This document shows positions 19,908 through 29,932 of a DNA stretch of 64,000 nt, in pieces. The position numbers were made by a program, and so were the translations under genes. Numbering within the stretch: position 1 is the first letter of the stretch; each line of letters starts with the position of its first letter. Under the pieces are notes generated by a model. The model saw nothing but the letters and a program-made list of their open reading frames with translations. It ran no database searches and was not told the origin of the DNA. The stretch covers positions 21,059 to 85,058 of the IMG/VR virus record IMGVR_UViG_3300020200_000014; one strand, 5' to 3'. This DNA is from a virus.

Positions 19908-20637
19908 TTAGTCATTATCTTTATTTAACAACTCCTCAACCAATTTAGGCATCTGTTCTCCTGCTTTACCTGCAAATTTAGTAAAACTATGCAATCGTAA
20001 AGGAGGCTCTGGATCAACCCAATATTTCTTTTCAGTATCCTTAAATTCAAATATCAAACCAGCTGCCGGATAAACCTGGGCACTCGTTCCAACCCCTATA
20101 AATATATCAGCTTCTCTCTTTAACTGTTCCAAATATTTATCTTGTAAATCTACTGCCTCACCAAACCAAACAACATCTGGCCTTAAATGTCCACCACACA
20201 AAGGACAAAAATCATTTATCGTGGCAGGTTTATTATGAACAATCTTATAGTTACAACTAAATTTATCGTTTTTAGCTATAGAACTATGCCACTCACACTT
20301 CCTAAAACTCAAGCTTCCATGCAGATGCCACACATTCATACACCCAGCCCTTTCCAACAAATCATCTACATTTTGAGTTATATTGATTACATTATACTTT
20401 TCTTGTAACTTAGCTATAGCCTTATGTGCCGCATTAGGTTCTGCTGCCTGCACATTGTTCCATCTATCTGCATAAAATTGTAACATCACTTCTTTGTTCC
20501 ATTTCCAAGCATTATGGTCCGCAACTTCCTCCACCTTATAATTATGCCACAAACCATCAGTAGAATCACTAAAAGTTGGAATCCCGCTCTCTTTAGATAA
20601 CCCAGCACCAGATAAGACAACTACTGTTTTTTTTCAT
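19908..20637 (-). CDS. cobB: Sir2/CobB NAD-dependent deacylase with a frameshift at an A8 run right after the ATG
   Basis: SGAGLSKESGIPTF (upstream of the track ORF, same frame), TQNVDDL, HLHGS, RPDVVWFGE, GTSAQVYPAA. Confidence 0.9.
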
Positions 20638-20657
20638 ATGCTCTACTATAGTAAAGA

Positions 20658-21350
20658 ATGGAATATATCGACAAAGGAAATGGGAACCCGGTTGTATTAT
20701 TTAGCGGAACACCTTCAGGATCAGATCACATTTTACTCTTTGAAGGTCTTCTAGACAAGTTCAGAATTATTAGCCCTTCTAGACCTGGATATCTAGGAAC
20801 TCCCCTCAATGGTCCAAGCAGCATCACAGATCAAGCTTGGATGTTTTTCGATCTTCTAAATAAGCTAAACATCAACAAAACATCATTATTAGCTCATTCA
20901 GGTGGTGGACCATATGCCTTAGAATTTGTCAAACTATTTCCAGAAAAAGTAGACAAACTAATTCTTTGCTCTGCGTTAGTTAAGCCTGATAAAATTGGTT
21001 TGCTTTCTAGAATATTTTGGCAAAATTGGATTCTAAGATTAGGCGGATTCTTTGCCCCACAATATAAAGCTTATCTCCAATTACTCATGCCAAAAAGAAA
21101 ACGCATAGATGGCTTTAACAATGATGCATATAATTTCAAAAATATGCCAGTCTTTAATTTTAGCTCCATCAATTGCCCAACTCTAATACTTCATGACCTA
21201 AATGACAGCTTTGTTAAGTTTGAACAAGCACAACTAGCCAATCACATTCCAAAATCTATTCTAATGACATTTTCTGGGAACCATTTCTTAACAATTGGCC
21301 CAGATAAAGATGAAGTTTATGAGGCAATGGAAGGGTTTTTGGAGAAGTGA
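20658..21350 (+). CDS. Alpha/beta hydrolase
   Basis: SRPGY, AHSGGG nucleophile elbow, PTLILH...D and GNH catalytic positions. Confidence 0.85.
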   Translation: MEYIDKGNGNPVVLFSGTPSGSDHILLFEGLLDKFRIISPSRPGYLGTPLNGPSSITDQAWMFFDLLNKLNINKTSLLAHSGGGPYALEFVKLFPEKVDKLILCSALVKPDKIGLLSRIFWQNWILRLGGFFAPQYKAYLQLLMPKRKRIDGFNNDAYNFKNMPVFNFSSINCPTLILHDLNDSFVKFEQAQLANHIPKSILMTFSGNHFLTIGPDKDEVYEAMEGFLEK

Positions 21351-21352
21351 GC

Positions 21353-21381
21353 TTGACAAAAGAAATAAGTTTTGAAATAAT
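21353..21381 (+). promoter_or_regulatory. sigma70-type promoter with no downstream ORF
   Basis: TTGACA-17bp-AATAAT. Confidence 0.5.
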
Positions 21382-21440
21382 ACTTTTGCCTAACCTGACC
21401 TATTAGGGTGTGGTGTGGTAGGGTATAATAGGCTGTTGTT

Positions 21441-21475
21441 GAAGAGGAATGGGGCAACTCATTCCTCTTTTATTT
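21441..21475 (+). terminator. Intrinsic terminator
   Basis: aagaggaatg...cattcctctt hairpin plus T-rich tail. Confidence 0.7.
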
Positions 21476-23123
21476 TGTATATCCACGTTTTCTTGCCACA
21501 ATCCCAAATGCGGCTAAAACCTCTTGCATTAGCCCATTGCACTTCTGTTAATTCTGGAGGGCAATTGGTTTTCTTCTTTTGTTGAGATTGTTTACTATAT
21601 CTTAATTTAGGTTTCTTTGTAGACACATAAGAATAATCTGCTTTTTCTTCTATTAGTAGCTCAAATCCTAGTTTTTTATATACATTACCTTGACTCCATC
21701 TATTATCACTCCAAGTTCTAATCTCTTCTTTATTATTATTATTAGCCCATTCTTTACAACGTTCAAACAACCTTGCCGCCCCTCCAACCACATTTATTCC
21801 TGATTTCACGCAAAATCTGTCTAAGGTTATTATGTCTAGGTATCCTCTATGATGTCTTCCTAATGACATGGCAGCAACAATTTCTTTTTTATACTCCAAA
21901 ACAAAAAACACGGACCCTAAGTTATTACCATATTGAATATGATTTTGATTACAAAATTCATTAAATATTTTTCTGTTTACTTGTTGAACTTTGCATTTTC
22001 TAGCATATATTGTTTCTGTGTTTTTGTTTAAAACAGATTGCAAAAATCCTTTGACTTGTTTATTTCTAAATTTCCATTCATCTTCAAATATAGTAATTAA
22101 TCTAATGCCTTTCTCTAAACATTTAATATATTTATCGTAATGATATTTTACATCTCTAGGTTGAGGAGAATCTTCATTGTGCCAAAAAAGCCCACAATAC
22201 TCTATTGCTACGTTTATTTTTGGATCATATAAATCAATTTCTTTTCCTTCCAACAACAAATAATCATTTTCAAAAGAAAAGCCCATAGAATTCAACCAAT
22301 CTTTCAATTCTTTTTCTGCTTTTCCATATTTTTGATTTTTTGTTAAACATAATGGATTAGGAACGCCTAACCTTTCCATACAAACATTTCTATAATTCAA
22401 TTTTGATTCATCTGTTTGAGAATAATAATCCTTGTCATACCTGGATTTCATTGTCTCTTTTGCCTTGGCTCTGTTTTCTGGCAATTGTGATTCATGCAAA
22501 ACGCCTTTTTCGTCAAGACATTTTTTTGTCCTGTTAGTCCAATATTCTTCGGTTTGAGTATAATTTCTTTTCCCAAATGTGCTTTCACAAGTATCTTCCC
22601 TTTTTTTCAAACTAACAGGATTTAACATCGGATGATCAAATCCAGAAGCCTCTTGATATCCATTTTTTTGCATTTCTTTAAAATCAGGATGTTGAGAAAT
22701 ATTTTTTACTCCCCACACTTTTTCGCAACTTTCTTGTTGTATAGTTCTTACTTCAGAAGACTGCATAGGATGGTCTACTCCCCAATTCTTACGAGAAGTT
22801 TTTTTTCTTTTTTCTTTATTATTTTTTGTTTGAGAATAATATTCCACTCCGTTTTCTTTTAAACATTTCTCCTTCATATCATCTTTAAACTTATTTGTTT
22901 TAAATATGTTTGTTTCGCCATGAAGAAGCAACGACACTTCTTCTTTTTTCTTTAGTTTACATTCTTTAGCTCCACAACTATCTTTTTGAATATGCTTATT
23001 GCATTTTTCTCTACTATGCTTTTGCCTTTGAAATTCCGCTCCACAATAATCACATTTAAACCAAACAATATCAACAAACCTAACTTTTTTGTAAGATTTG
23101 TCTAACTTTTCTTCAATAATCAT
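21459..23123 (-). CDS. Free-standing homing-type endonuclease (repeats + PD-(D/E)xK + GNAT-like C-terminus)
   Basis: K.GV..P.Q repeats; EIDLY...AIEYCGLFWH; YARKC, NHIQ, WSDNRWS.G..Y..LGF, RIWDCG. Confidence 0.8.
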   Translation of the reverse strand: MIIEEKLDKSYKKVRFVDIVWFKCDYCGAEFQRQKHSREKCNKHIQKDSCGAKECKLKKKEEVSLLLHGETNIFKTNKFKDDMKEKCLKENGVEYYSQTKNNKEKRKKTSRKNWGVDHPMQSSEVRTIQQESCEKVWGVKNISQHPDFKEMQKNGYQEASGFDHPMLNPVSLKKREDTCESTFGKRNYTQTEEYWTNRTKKCLDEKGVLHESQLPENRAKAKETMKSRYDKDYYSQTDESKLNYRNVCMERLGVPNPLCLTKNQKYGKAEKELKDWLNSMGFSFENDYLLLEGKEIDLYDPKINVAIEYCGLFWHNEDSPQPRDVKYHYDKYIKCLEKGIRLITIFEDEWKFRNKQVKGFLQSVLNKNTETIYARKCKVQQVNRKIFNEFCNQNHIQYGNNLGSVFFVLEYKKEIVAAMSLGRHHRGYLDIITLDRFCVKSGINVVGGAARLFERCKEWANNNNKEEIRTWSDNRWSQGNVYKKLGFELLIEEKADYSYVSTKKPKLRYSKQSQQKKKTNCPPELTEVQWANARGFSRIWDCGKKTWIYKIKEE

Positions 23124-23156
23124 AACTTATTATTGTAATGCAAAAAACATATGTTG

Positions 23157-24038
23157 TCAATCGAGAGAAATGTAAGGCAAATCCCCCCAGCGATTAATTA
23201 ATCTTTCTTCCCAATCCTTTTTGTCTTGCATTCCTTCTTGGAGTAAATTTTCTCCATCTAATTGAATGCCGCCTTGAGGTCCAGGCAGTTGCTTATATTT
23301 ACTTCGTATTCTACCTAACATAATTTTAGCGAAAGCCAAAGCGCCTTCTTGCATCGCAGAACTTACTTGTTTAAAGTCAGGCTTCTTCTGTAAATAATTT
23401 ACTATTACAGGCCAGCAACGGCATGGAATCGGGTATAATTTAATATTGCAATAGCCATCAACCCATTCCCAGCCGCCAATTTGTGAACTTAATCTATTAT
23501 ACATTTGGTCGTATTGCTTGTACAAAACCCATTCGCCCATTCTACCATAAATAGGTTGGTTTGGATCAAGTAAACCTCCTTGCATAGAAGCATAACTTCC
23601 ACCCGGATAATAATATTCTATAGGTAACGCCCCGCCTAAATCATTAGCATTAAAGCTTAGACTCGGTTGTTTCTTATAAAAGACATTTCTAATAAATCCT
23701 ACATCAGCTGGCATTGTGTAGACGCTTTTTCCGGCTGTTGTATTAAAAACATAATAGGTAAAATATTCTCTAGGTGCCCATTCTTCGAAGACTTGGAGAG
23801 CTAGATCGACAGCACCATCTAAGTTTTGGTTATCTAGCTCAATTTTGACTACTGGCGCACCTAACATAAGGAGAACATAGTCTTTTATTTGTTCTCGTAC
23901 CTTTTCACGGTATTTTCTTGCCCCTATCTTGCCACAACCTACTGGATCGGTGAGGCTTAGGCAATCTCCATTTGAACAGCCAGTGGAACTTCTTGGCAAG
24001 TCAATAAAGATGTTATTGTTGTCGCAATTTGTTGACAT
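23157..24038 (-). CDS. Neck protein (T4 gp13-like)
   Basis: IKDYVLLMLGAPVVKIELD; LGRIRSKY..LPGP.GG.QLDG. Confidence 0.85.
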   Translation of the reverse strand: MSTNCDNNNIFIDLPRSSTGCSNGDCLSLTDPVGCGKIGARKYREKVREQIKDYVLLMLGAPVVKIELDNQNLDGAVDLALQVFEEWAPREYFTYYVFNTTAGKSVYTMPADVGFIRNVFYKKQPSLSFNANDLGGALPIEYYYPGGSYASMQGGLLDPNQPIYGRMGEWVLYKQYDQMYNRLSSQIGGWEWVDGYCNIKLYPIPCRCWPVIVNYLQKKPDFKQVSSAMQEGALAFAKIMLGRIRSKYKQLPGPQGGIQLDGENLLQEGMQDKKDWEERLINRWGDLPYISLD

Positions 24039-24068
24039 TATAAATATATATGTTTAGGAAAATTCAAA

Positions 24069-27026
24069 ATGCGTACAAAATCTTTTTCTGATTATATCTC
24101 AAAAGAATGGGATGTTTGGAGATTTACAAAGCTGCAAGAGGCTAGAGAAAAGCTTACAGAGAACAAAGAAGGTTCTCCAATGGCTTATGCTGGCAATCAA
24201 TCTAAAGCTCCTTTGCTTTGGACTGAGGATGATATGAAGTTTTTGTCACAATTTCCAGTGTCTTTGTGGTCCCAAGCTTTACAATGGAGATATAATGAAG
24301 GTTTAATTCAAGTATCAAAACTTAGAGAAGAAGACCCTAATGGAAAAAAAGGTAGTTATGATTCTATCCCTGATGAAATTCCAGAAATTACTTTAAGAGG
24401 AATGGGCGGCAAGAAATATAAATTCTACAATGTTTATACTGGTTTTAAACAGTTAATGCAGATGTTAGAAAAGCCTATAAAATATAGAAAAAGTCATAAC
24501 CCAATGGGATATTACAAGGACAATCCAGAAGGTCCAGGTATTGAAGACATAGACCCATTCGAAACTAATCCAGAAAGTGAGAAGCATAGAAGCAAATATT
24601 CTGGAGGTTTACACGATTACGATCTTTCTCATCCAATAGAAGTTTCAGATGAGTATATTGATTCTATTCCTGATGAAGATATTGTAGTTCCAAAAGGGAA
24701 AGAAAGGACTCCGCAAAATATAGAAAAAGCAAGAGACAAGATGAAAAAAGATAGGTATAATTCTTTCCAAGGGATGGCAGTCTTAAGGCCAGTTGTTGCT
24801 TCAAAACTACTTGCCAATTGGTTAAAAGCACAAGGTTTAGGATTATTAGGGGAAGTTCCTAATCAAGTAAAAGACCCTATAACTGGTCAAACTGTAGCAA
24901 CAAAGCAAGTAAATCCAGATGCTGTTGATAAAAGATTGAAACTAAGAGTGGGAGAGGACGACAATAAAAGCTTTAATCACGGCCCTTCAGCAATTGGTGG
25001 TAAGCGTGTACCCATTAATCTTCCTGCTTTTGAAAGAAAAATAAATTATGTCGAGGTTTCAAAAGATGGCAAGGAAAAGCAGGTTACAAAAAATGTACTA
25101 ATGCCATATTTGAAGCCAGGCGTAATATTGCCGAGAATTTTTGATTTATCATTAGATCAAAAATATATTCTAGCAACAAGAAACAAGGAATTCGTTGACA
25201 ATTATGAAAAACTTTGTCCCCAGCTTGGGCCATTAACTCCTGGAAATTGGAGTCATATATATCAAACTTGTACAGCAGCAAAAAGGGCGGCTCAGGTCAA
25301 TGAGTTATCTAAATTGCTAACAAATTATGATATTCTAACTCCCGAACAGGTTGATCATTTAAAGAAAAATCAAAGAGACTTATATCATGTGGCTTCTTCT
25401 GAATTTGCTGGTTCTAAAGACCCTTGGAGCAAAGCAGGTGGATTTTATCCTATTGGCTGGTCAACGAATAAAGGAAAAAGAAAGATTGTTCCTGCCGATA
25501 TGGAACAAGATCAATTAAGAACAGCAATCGATAAGCACTGGCAAGAATTATTTGATTTGTCTTTTAAACAAATCGGTTATTTTATAAGTTGGGCTAGAAA
25601 AAGCAATGAATTACCAAAGGCTGTAGTAGACATGTTGGAAAGAATTCATCCTGATTTGGCTAATGTTGCAGCAGCTTTACTTGGTTTAAATTTAAATCAT
25701 CCACGTTTAGGTGTTTATGACCCTGAATCGGGTTTAACCAATGTAAAGGGTGAAGACTCTGATTTGAAACAAGACAGAGCTAATTATGTGATGAATTTAA
25801 CAAGGGATTTATCGCAAGCAGCTTTTGGTGATTTGCCGGGACGTAGACAAAGAGAAAAAGGTGGTGCCAAAACAGTAAGTGCGAGTTCAGGAGACGCAGA
25901 AAAAGGTAGTCTGTCTGATATTATCTCTACTGATGCTGGTATTTCTGGTAATTCTGGTTGGGATACTCGTAGAACATGGCTTAATCCAAAGACTGAACCT
26001 ATTATTGATCCTTCTGGAAACGTTACTTATCAACCTACCAGAATGATTTGGAATGTTCCACAAATTAACCACAAAATTGACGCATACTTCAAAACAAAGA
26101 GAAATTTGATTGCGTCACGATTAGGTGATGATTTTGCTCAAATGGTTGATAATACAAGAGATAAGCTAAAGACTGAAGTTGCTGCAATGAATGAATTAAT
26201 GAGCAAAGCAACAAAAGAGCTTGAATCACAAGGTTTTAGTGGAGAGAAACTTGAAGACAAAGCAAGAGAAATGGCCATGTCACAATTGTCAGATAAATTA
26301 AAGGAACTAAGACCTGACCTTTACAGCAAATCTTCTTCCTCTGAAATGGAAGACATTGCACGAAAGTTTAAAGACTTCAATAAATCTAATTTTAGTGCAG
26401 AAGTAAAGGGCAAAGAAGATGAAGTAATGATGAGCTTCTTTGATTCTTTATTGAATGGCGAATCTGTGCCTATGCCTTATTATGACGAAAATACGGGTGA
26501 ATTTAGCAAAACAGAGCAAGCATTTTCATTAGATCAGTTAATGAAGAGTGGTGTGAACAGTGCCAAGTCAGTATTGCAGTTCATATTTAAACTTTGGAGC
26601 GAAGAAGGTGCAGAAGAATATGCTGTACCTATGACAATGGCTGTTAGCAAGAAAATGGGACAGAATATATCTGAAAATGATGCGATACAGCAAGTTGTAA
26701 CAGCTTCGCAACAGATGGAAAGGCCGATTAAGCCTAATCAAAAACCTACCCAAACTGCTGCCGCTCCTCAACCAACTGCACAACCAATGAAACAAGCTGC
26801 AAGTGATATTAGCAGTGTTGTACAAGATTTGCCAAATAACTATATGAAAATTTGGAATATGAAGGATAAGTTCGCTGACCCAATGGCAAAACAACTGTTG
26901 CAGGTCTATTTTGACAAGTTGATTAAGCAAATACAGGGTATGGCGGCTCAACAGCAAGAAATACCAGATAACTTATTAGCTGCACTTAAGGTAGTTGGAC
27001 AAGTGTTGAAAGGAAAACCTATATGA
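24069..27026 (+). CDS. Large putative internal virion protein (985 aa)
   Basis: N-terminus MRTKSFSDYISKE; TATAAATA at 24039-24046. Confidence 0.6.
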   Translation: MRTKSFSDYISKEWDVWRFTKLQEAREKLTENKEGSPMAYAGNQSKAPLLWTEDDMKFLSQFPVSLWSQALQWRYNEGLIQVSKLREEDPNGKKGSYDSIPDEIPEITLRGMGGKKYKFYNVYTGFKQLMQMLEKPIKYRKSHNPMGYYKDNPEGPGIEDIDPFETNPESEKHRSKYSGGLHDYDLSHPIEVSDEYIDSIPDEDIVVPKGKERTPQNIEKARDKMKKDRYNSFQGMAVLRPVVASKLLANWLKAQGLGLLGEVPNQVKDPITGQTVATKQVNPDAVDKRLKLRVGEDDNKSFNHGPSAIGGKRVPINLPAFERKINYVEVSKDGKEKQVTKNVLMPYLKPGVILPRIFDLSLDQKYILATRNKEFVDNYEKLCPQLGPLTPGNWSHIYQTCTAAKRAAQVNELSKLLTNYDILTPEQVDHLKKNQRDLYHVASSEFAGSKDPWSKAGGFYPIGWSTNKGKRKIVPADMEQDQLRTAIDKHWQELFDLSFKQIGYFISWARKSNELPKAVVDMLERIHPDLANVAAALLGLNLNHPRLGVYDPESGLTNVKGEDSDLKQDRANYVMNLTRDLSQAAFGDLPGRRQREKGGAKTVSASSGDAEKGSLSDIISTDAGISGNSGWDTRRTWLNPKTEPIIDPSGNVTYQPTRMIWNVPQINHKIDAYFKTKRNLIASRLGDDFAQMVDNTRDKLKTEVAAMNELMSKATKELESQGFSGEKLEDKAREMAMSQLSDKLKELRPDLYSKSSSSEMEDIARKFKDFNKSNFSAEVKGKEDEVMMSFFDSLLNGESVPMPYYDENTGEFSKTEQAFSLDQLMKSGVNSAKSVLQFIFKLWSEEGAEEYAVPMTMAVSKKMGQNISENDAIQQVVTASQQMERPIKPNQKPTQTAAAPQPTAQPMKQAASDISSVVQDLPNNYMKIWNMKDKFADPMAKQLLQVYFDKLIKQIQGMAAQQQEIPDNLLAALKVVGQVLKGKPI

Positions 27027-27178
27027 TGACATTTAAAGAATGGGTAGAAAAAAAATTAAAAGAAATGGCTGGAACTGGCGCTATAGTAAGTAGTTGCAAA
27101 GGTGATAAAGATTTTCAAGTTTTTGGAGCGTGCAGTGATATTAAAAAAAATCAAAAAAATAAAATGGGCAAAAAGTGA
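27023..27178 (+). CDS. Small protein with capsid-targeting N-terminus
   Basis: MMTFKEWVEKKLKEMAGTGAIVSSC...; not in ORF track. Confidence 0.55.
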   Translation: MMTFKEWVEKKLKEMAGTGAIVSSCKGDKDFQVFGACSDIKKNQKNKMGKK

Positions 27179-28013
27179 AGATAAAATACTTAAAAATAAT
27201 TTTGGCAAAATGTCTCGCAAAGAAATAATAAAAAAATTGCCTAATAGAACTGTTTGCGCAATATCTTATCGAGCTAAAGTTATTGGATGTGAAAAATATT
27301 CCCATGAAAAAAGAGGATTTTTAACAAGAGGCAAAAATAGGAAATATAATATAGATTTTAATTTTTTCGAAAAAATTAACGAAATAAATTCATATTGGGC
27401 AGGTTTCATTGCTGCTGATGGTTGTATTAAAACTAAAAGAAGAGAAATTGTAATAGGAATAAGTGAAAAAGACAAAAAACATTTAGAATTATTTTCTATT
27501 TATTTAAAATACAACGGTTCATTGATTAAAGTGCCTAAAAAAAAATCAAAAGCAATCAACGGAAAGCCTATAAATTCTGGACCATCTGTGAGAATGGAAT
27601 TGTATGGGGTCGAACGTCTTATAAATGGACTGAAAAAAAATTTCAACATAGAAGATAGAAAATCCTTAATTCTAAAACCTCCTGTAAATTTAAAAATTAA
27701 ATATGCTTTGTGTTATATAGCTGGGTATCTTGATGGAGATGGGCATATCCATAAATATAAAAACAAAAATAACAAATATAGCGTTGGATTCATAGGAACT
27801 TTTGAAGTATTAAATTGGATAAAATCAACACTCGATATAATTGCACCTAATGAAGAAGGACAACACAAAGGTAAAGAGGCTAAAGTATTTACAAAAGGCA
27901 AGTATCCCAGATATCTTATAGGAGGCAAAAGAGTTTTCAAATTGGCAAGAAAAATAAACAAGCTAAAATTACCATTATTAAAAAGAAAATGGGGGAAAAT
28001 ATTAACATCTTAG
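27102..28013 (+). CDS. LAGLIDADG homing endonuclease (free-standing)
   Basis: YWAGFIAADG and YIAGYLDGDG motifs; start uncertain. Confidence 0.85.
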   Translation: MIKIFKFLERAVILKKIKKIKWAKSEDKILKNNFGKMSRKEIIKKLPNRTVCAISYRAKVIGCEKYSHEKRGFLTRGKNRKYNIDFNFFEKINEINSYWAGFIAADGCIKTKRREIVIGISEKDKKHLELFSIYLKYNGSLIKVPKKKSKAINGKPINSGPSVRMELYGVERLINGLKKNFNIEDRKSLILKPPVNLKIKYALCYIAGYLDGDGHIHKYKNKNNKYSVGFIGTFEVLNWIKSTLDIIAPNEEGQHKGKEAKVFTKGKYPRYLIGGKRVFKLARKINKLKLPLLKRKWGKILTS

Positions 28014-28270
28014 ATTATGTACAAAAGGGAGTTGCCCTTAAGAAATTTGCATATCAGTTACTTGAACAAAAGTATGGTACGCATCAAGAATTACTTGACA
28101 GAGTTAGTCATTATTTAGTTACAGACAAGGATGTAGAAGGTTTTACTAAATTACTAGCTGATGCATATGAAGTTGGTTATATGAAAGCTGTGAATGACTA
28201 TCAGGATCAATTAGCCAAGTTAAATATTAAAGTGAAAATTAATCAGAAAAATCTGGGTGGTAATCAGTAA
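27989..28270 (+). CDS. Hypothetical protein
   Basis: ORF track. Confidence 0.6.
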   Translation: MGENINILDYVQKGVALKKFAYQLLEQKYGTHQELLDRVSHYLVTDKDVEGFTKLLADAYEVGYMKAVNDYQDQLAKLNIKVKINQKNLGGNQ

Positions 28271-28766
28271 TTGTAGCATAGACAAGATAACCATTATTTT
28301 CCGGTTTGGTTTCTTGTACTCTCCACCATTGCGTTTCTTGATTTCTTGGATAAATTATTGATCCTTCTGATACTGCTTTTGTATTACACCATAAAATTAT
28401 ATAAACTTCCTTTGTTTCCCGTATAACACCTGGAAACTTAAATTTTTTGCCATATCTAATTTTTTTGTGCATATCTTGTGTAAGTCCATCTTTATATTCC
28501 TTGAAACTAGCAGGAAGACACCATATTTCTGTAGAATTTGGTATAAATTGTGTTTTTGTTACCACTTCTACTATTTCTTCTTTTATTTCTTTAGGTTCTT
28601 CCTTTCGTATCGGACTGATTGGTTTTGGCCTAATTTTAGGGTCTTTTTCAAATATGAGATTGCCTACCTTGTTATGTAAAATAAATTTACCCCAAAAAGT
28701 TTGCTCTGACATTAATGGATTTGGCCCAGATAATTTAAAATCTGTACCGTCTTTATTCTTTAGCAT
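28239..28766 (-). CDS. Hypothetical structural protein; N-terminus resembles the gp14-like gene
   Basis: MLKNKDGTDFKLSG vs MSIKNCDGTMYKVNG. Confidence 0.55.
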   Translation of the reverse strand: MLKNKDGTDFKLSGPNPLMSEQTFWGKFILHNKVGNLIFEKDPKIRPKPISPIRKEEPKEIKEEIVEVVTKTQFIPNSTEIWCLPASFKEYKDGLTQDMHKKIRYGKKFKFPGVIRETKEVYIILWCNTKAVSEGSIIYPRNQETQWWRVQETKPENNGYLVYATITDYHPDFSD

Positions 28767-29902
28767 GATTTTATTAACTCCATGCAATTTTTAGAAGGCT
28801 TGTTATTCTGAGATACGCTGTCGCAAATTTCTATAAATTTATCATGTGATAGAAAGTTTTTCATTATATTAATATCTTTGTGTACCCATTGGACATTTCC
28901 TTTTATGTATCCTTTATTTGAATCGATTCGATCTAAACTAGCAGTATGATTTTTGCTATATCCTTTGGAAGTGAACAACAAAGGAATTCCAGTATAATTA
29001 CATCTATTTTGTTGAGAAAGCAATAATTCATATGCATATTTAATGTTAATGTTGAATTTAATATTTTTTCTATTAAGTCTTTCAGGCTGACCTTTACTTG
29101 AATTATTTTTAATTCTATTCCAAAATGAAATAGATATATTTCCTTGTCTCTCAAATAATGGCAAATTTTTATTATAATTTGAAACTAAAAAACACAAATC
29201 AATAAAATATTGTTCATCAAATGTAAACTTACATCTATTTACAAATTTGTGTATCCATTGAATATTACCTTCGATATAGTCTTTAGAAGAATCTATCCTG
29301 TCTAAACTTGCGGTAATTTCTTTATAGTCAGGCCAATTTTTATCTATAACTAAGTCCCAATTTGTTAAAGTACATTTTGCATTTTGAGATTCATATAATT
29401 CATAAGCATATTGCATAGAAATATTGAATTTAATATTTCTATTTTTTGCATTATGTTTAATTGCATTCCATAAACTTCCACTTAATTTACCAATACCTTT
29501 CCAAGCTCCATTATACTTACCTTGGCAATAATATTTGCATCCTTTATGATGAATTCTATTTTTTAGTATTAATTTTGCTGAGACTTCTCCCACCCATCCA
29601 CATTTACAGCTTGCTTTAATTCTCCATTTATTTTCTTTTCTTGAAATGTCGTAATAAGGCTCAGATTCTACTGTAAGAAACCCAAAAATATCTCCTTTTA
29701 ATAATTTGGGTTTTTTGCGTCTACAAACTATACATTTTTGTATGCCTCTCATTATATTGCTTAAGTCCAAGACGCCAATGGTTCTACATTTACATTCACA
29801 AACAACATACCACTTGCCTTTAAGTTCAAATTCACAACCTAATATTTTAAATCCATTCGAATAATCTCCTGGTTTTGTATATTTAAATCTAGTTTTTATC
29901 AT
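28760..29902 (-). CDS. HNH-like endonuclease with duplicated nuclease motif
   Basis: TASLDRIDS.K.YI.GN.QW.HK..N occurs twice; N-terminal CxC units. Confidence 0.8.
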   Translation of the reverse strand: MIKTRFKYTKPGDYSNGFKILGCEFELKGKWYVVCECKCRTIGVLDLSNIMRGIQKCIVCRRKKPKLLKGDIFGFLTVESEPYYDISRKENKWRIKASCKCGWVGEVSAKLILKNRIHHKGCKYYCQGKYNGAWKGIGKLSGSLWNAIKHNAKNRNIKFNISMQYAYELYESQNAKCTLTNWDLVIDKNWPDYKEITASLDRIDSSKDYIEGNIQWIHKFVNRCKFTFDEQYFIDLCFLVSNYNKNLPLFERQGNISISFWNRIKNNSSKGQPERLNRKNIKFNINIKYAYELLLSQQNRCNYTGIPLLFTSKGYSKNHTASLDRIDSNKGYIKGNVQWVHKDINIMKNFLSHDKFIEICDSVSQNNKPSKNCMELIKSC

Positions 29903-29932
29903 ATTGTTGCAATATAACAAATAAATACAAAT

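Noticed and set aside
19908-20637. Sir2 as a defence-type NADase (Thoeris/DSR)
   Set aside because: Motifs and Zn-binding cysteines match CobB-type deacylases; no defence partner gene nearby
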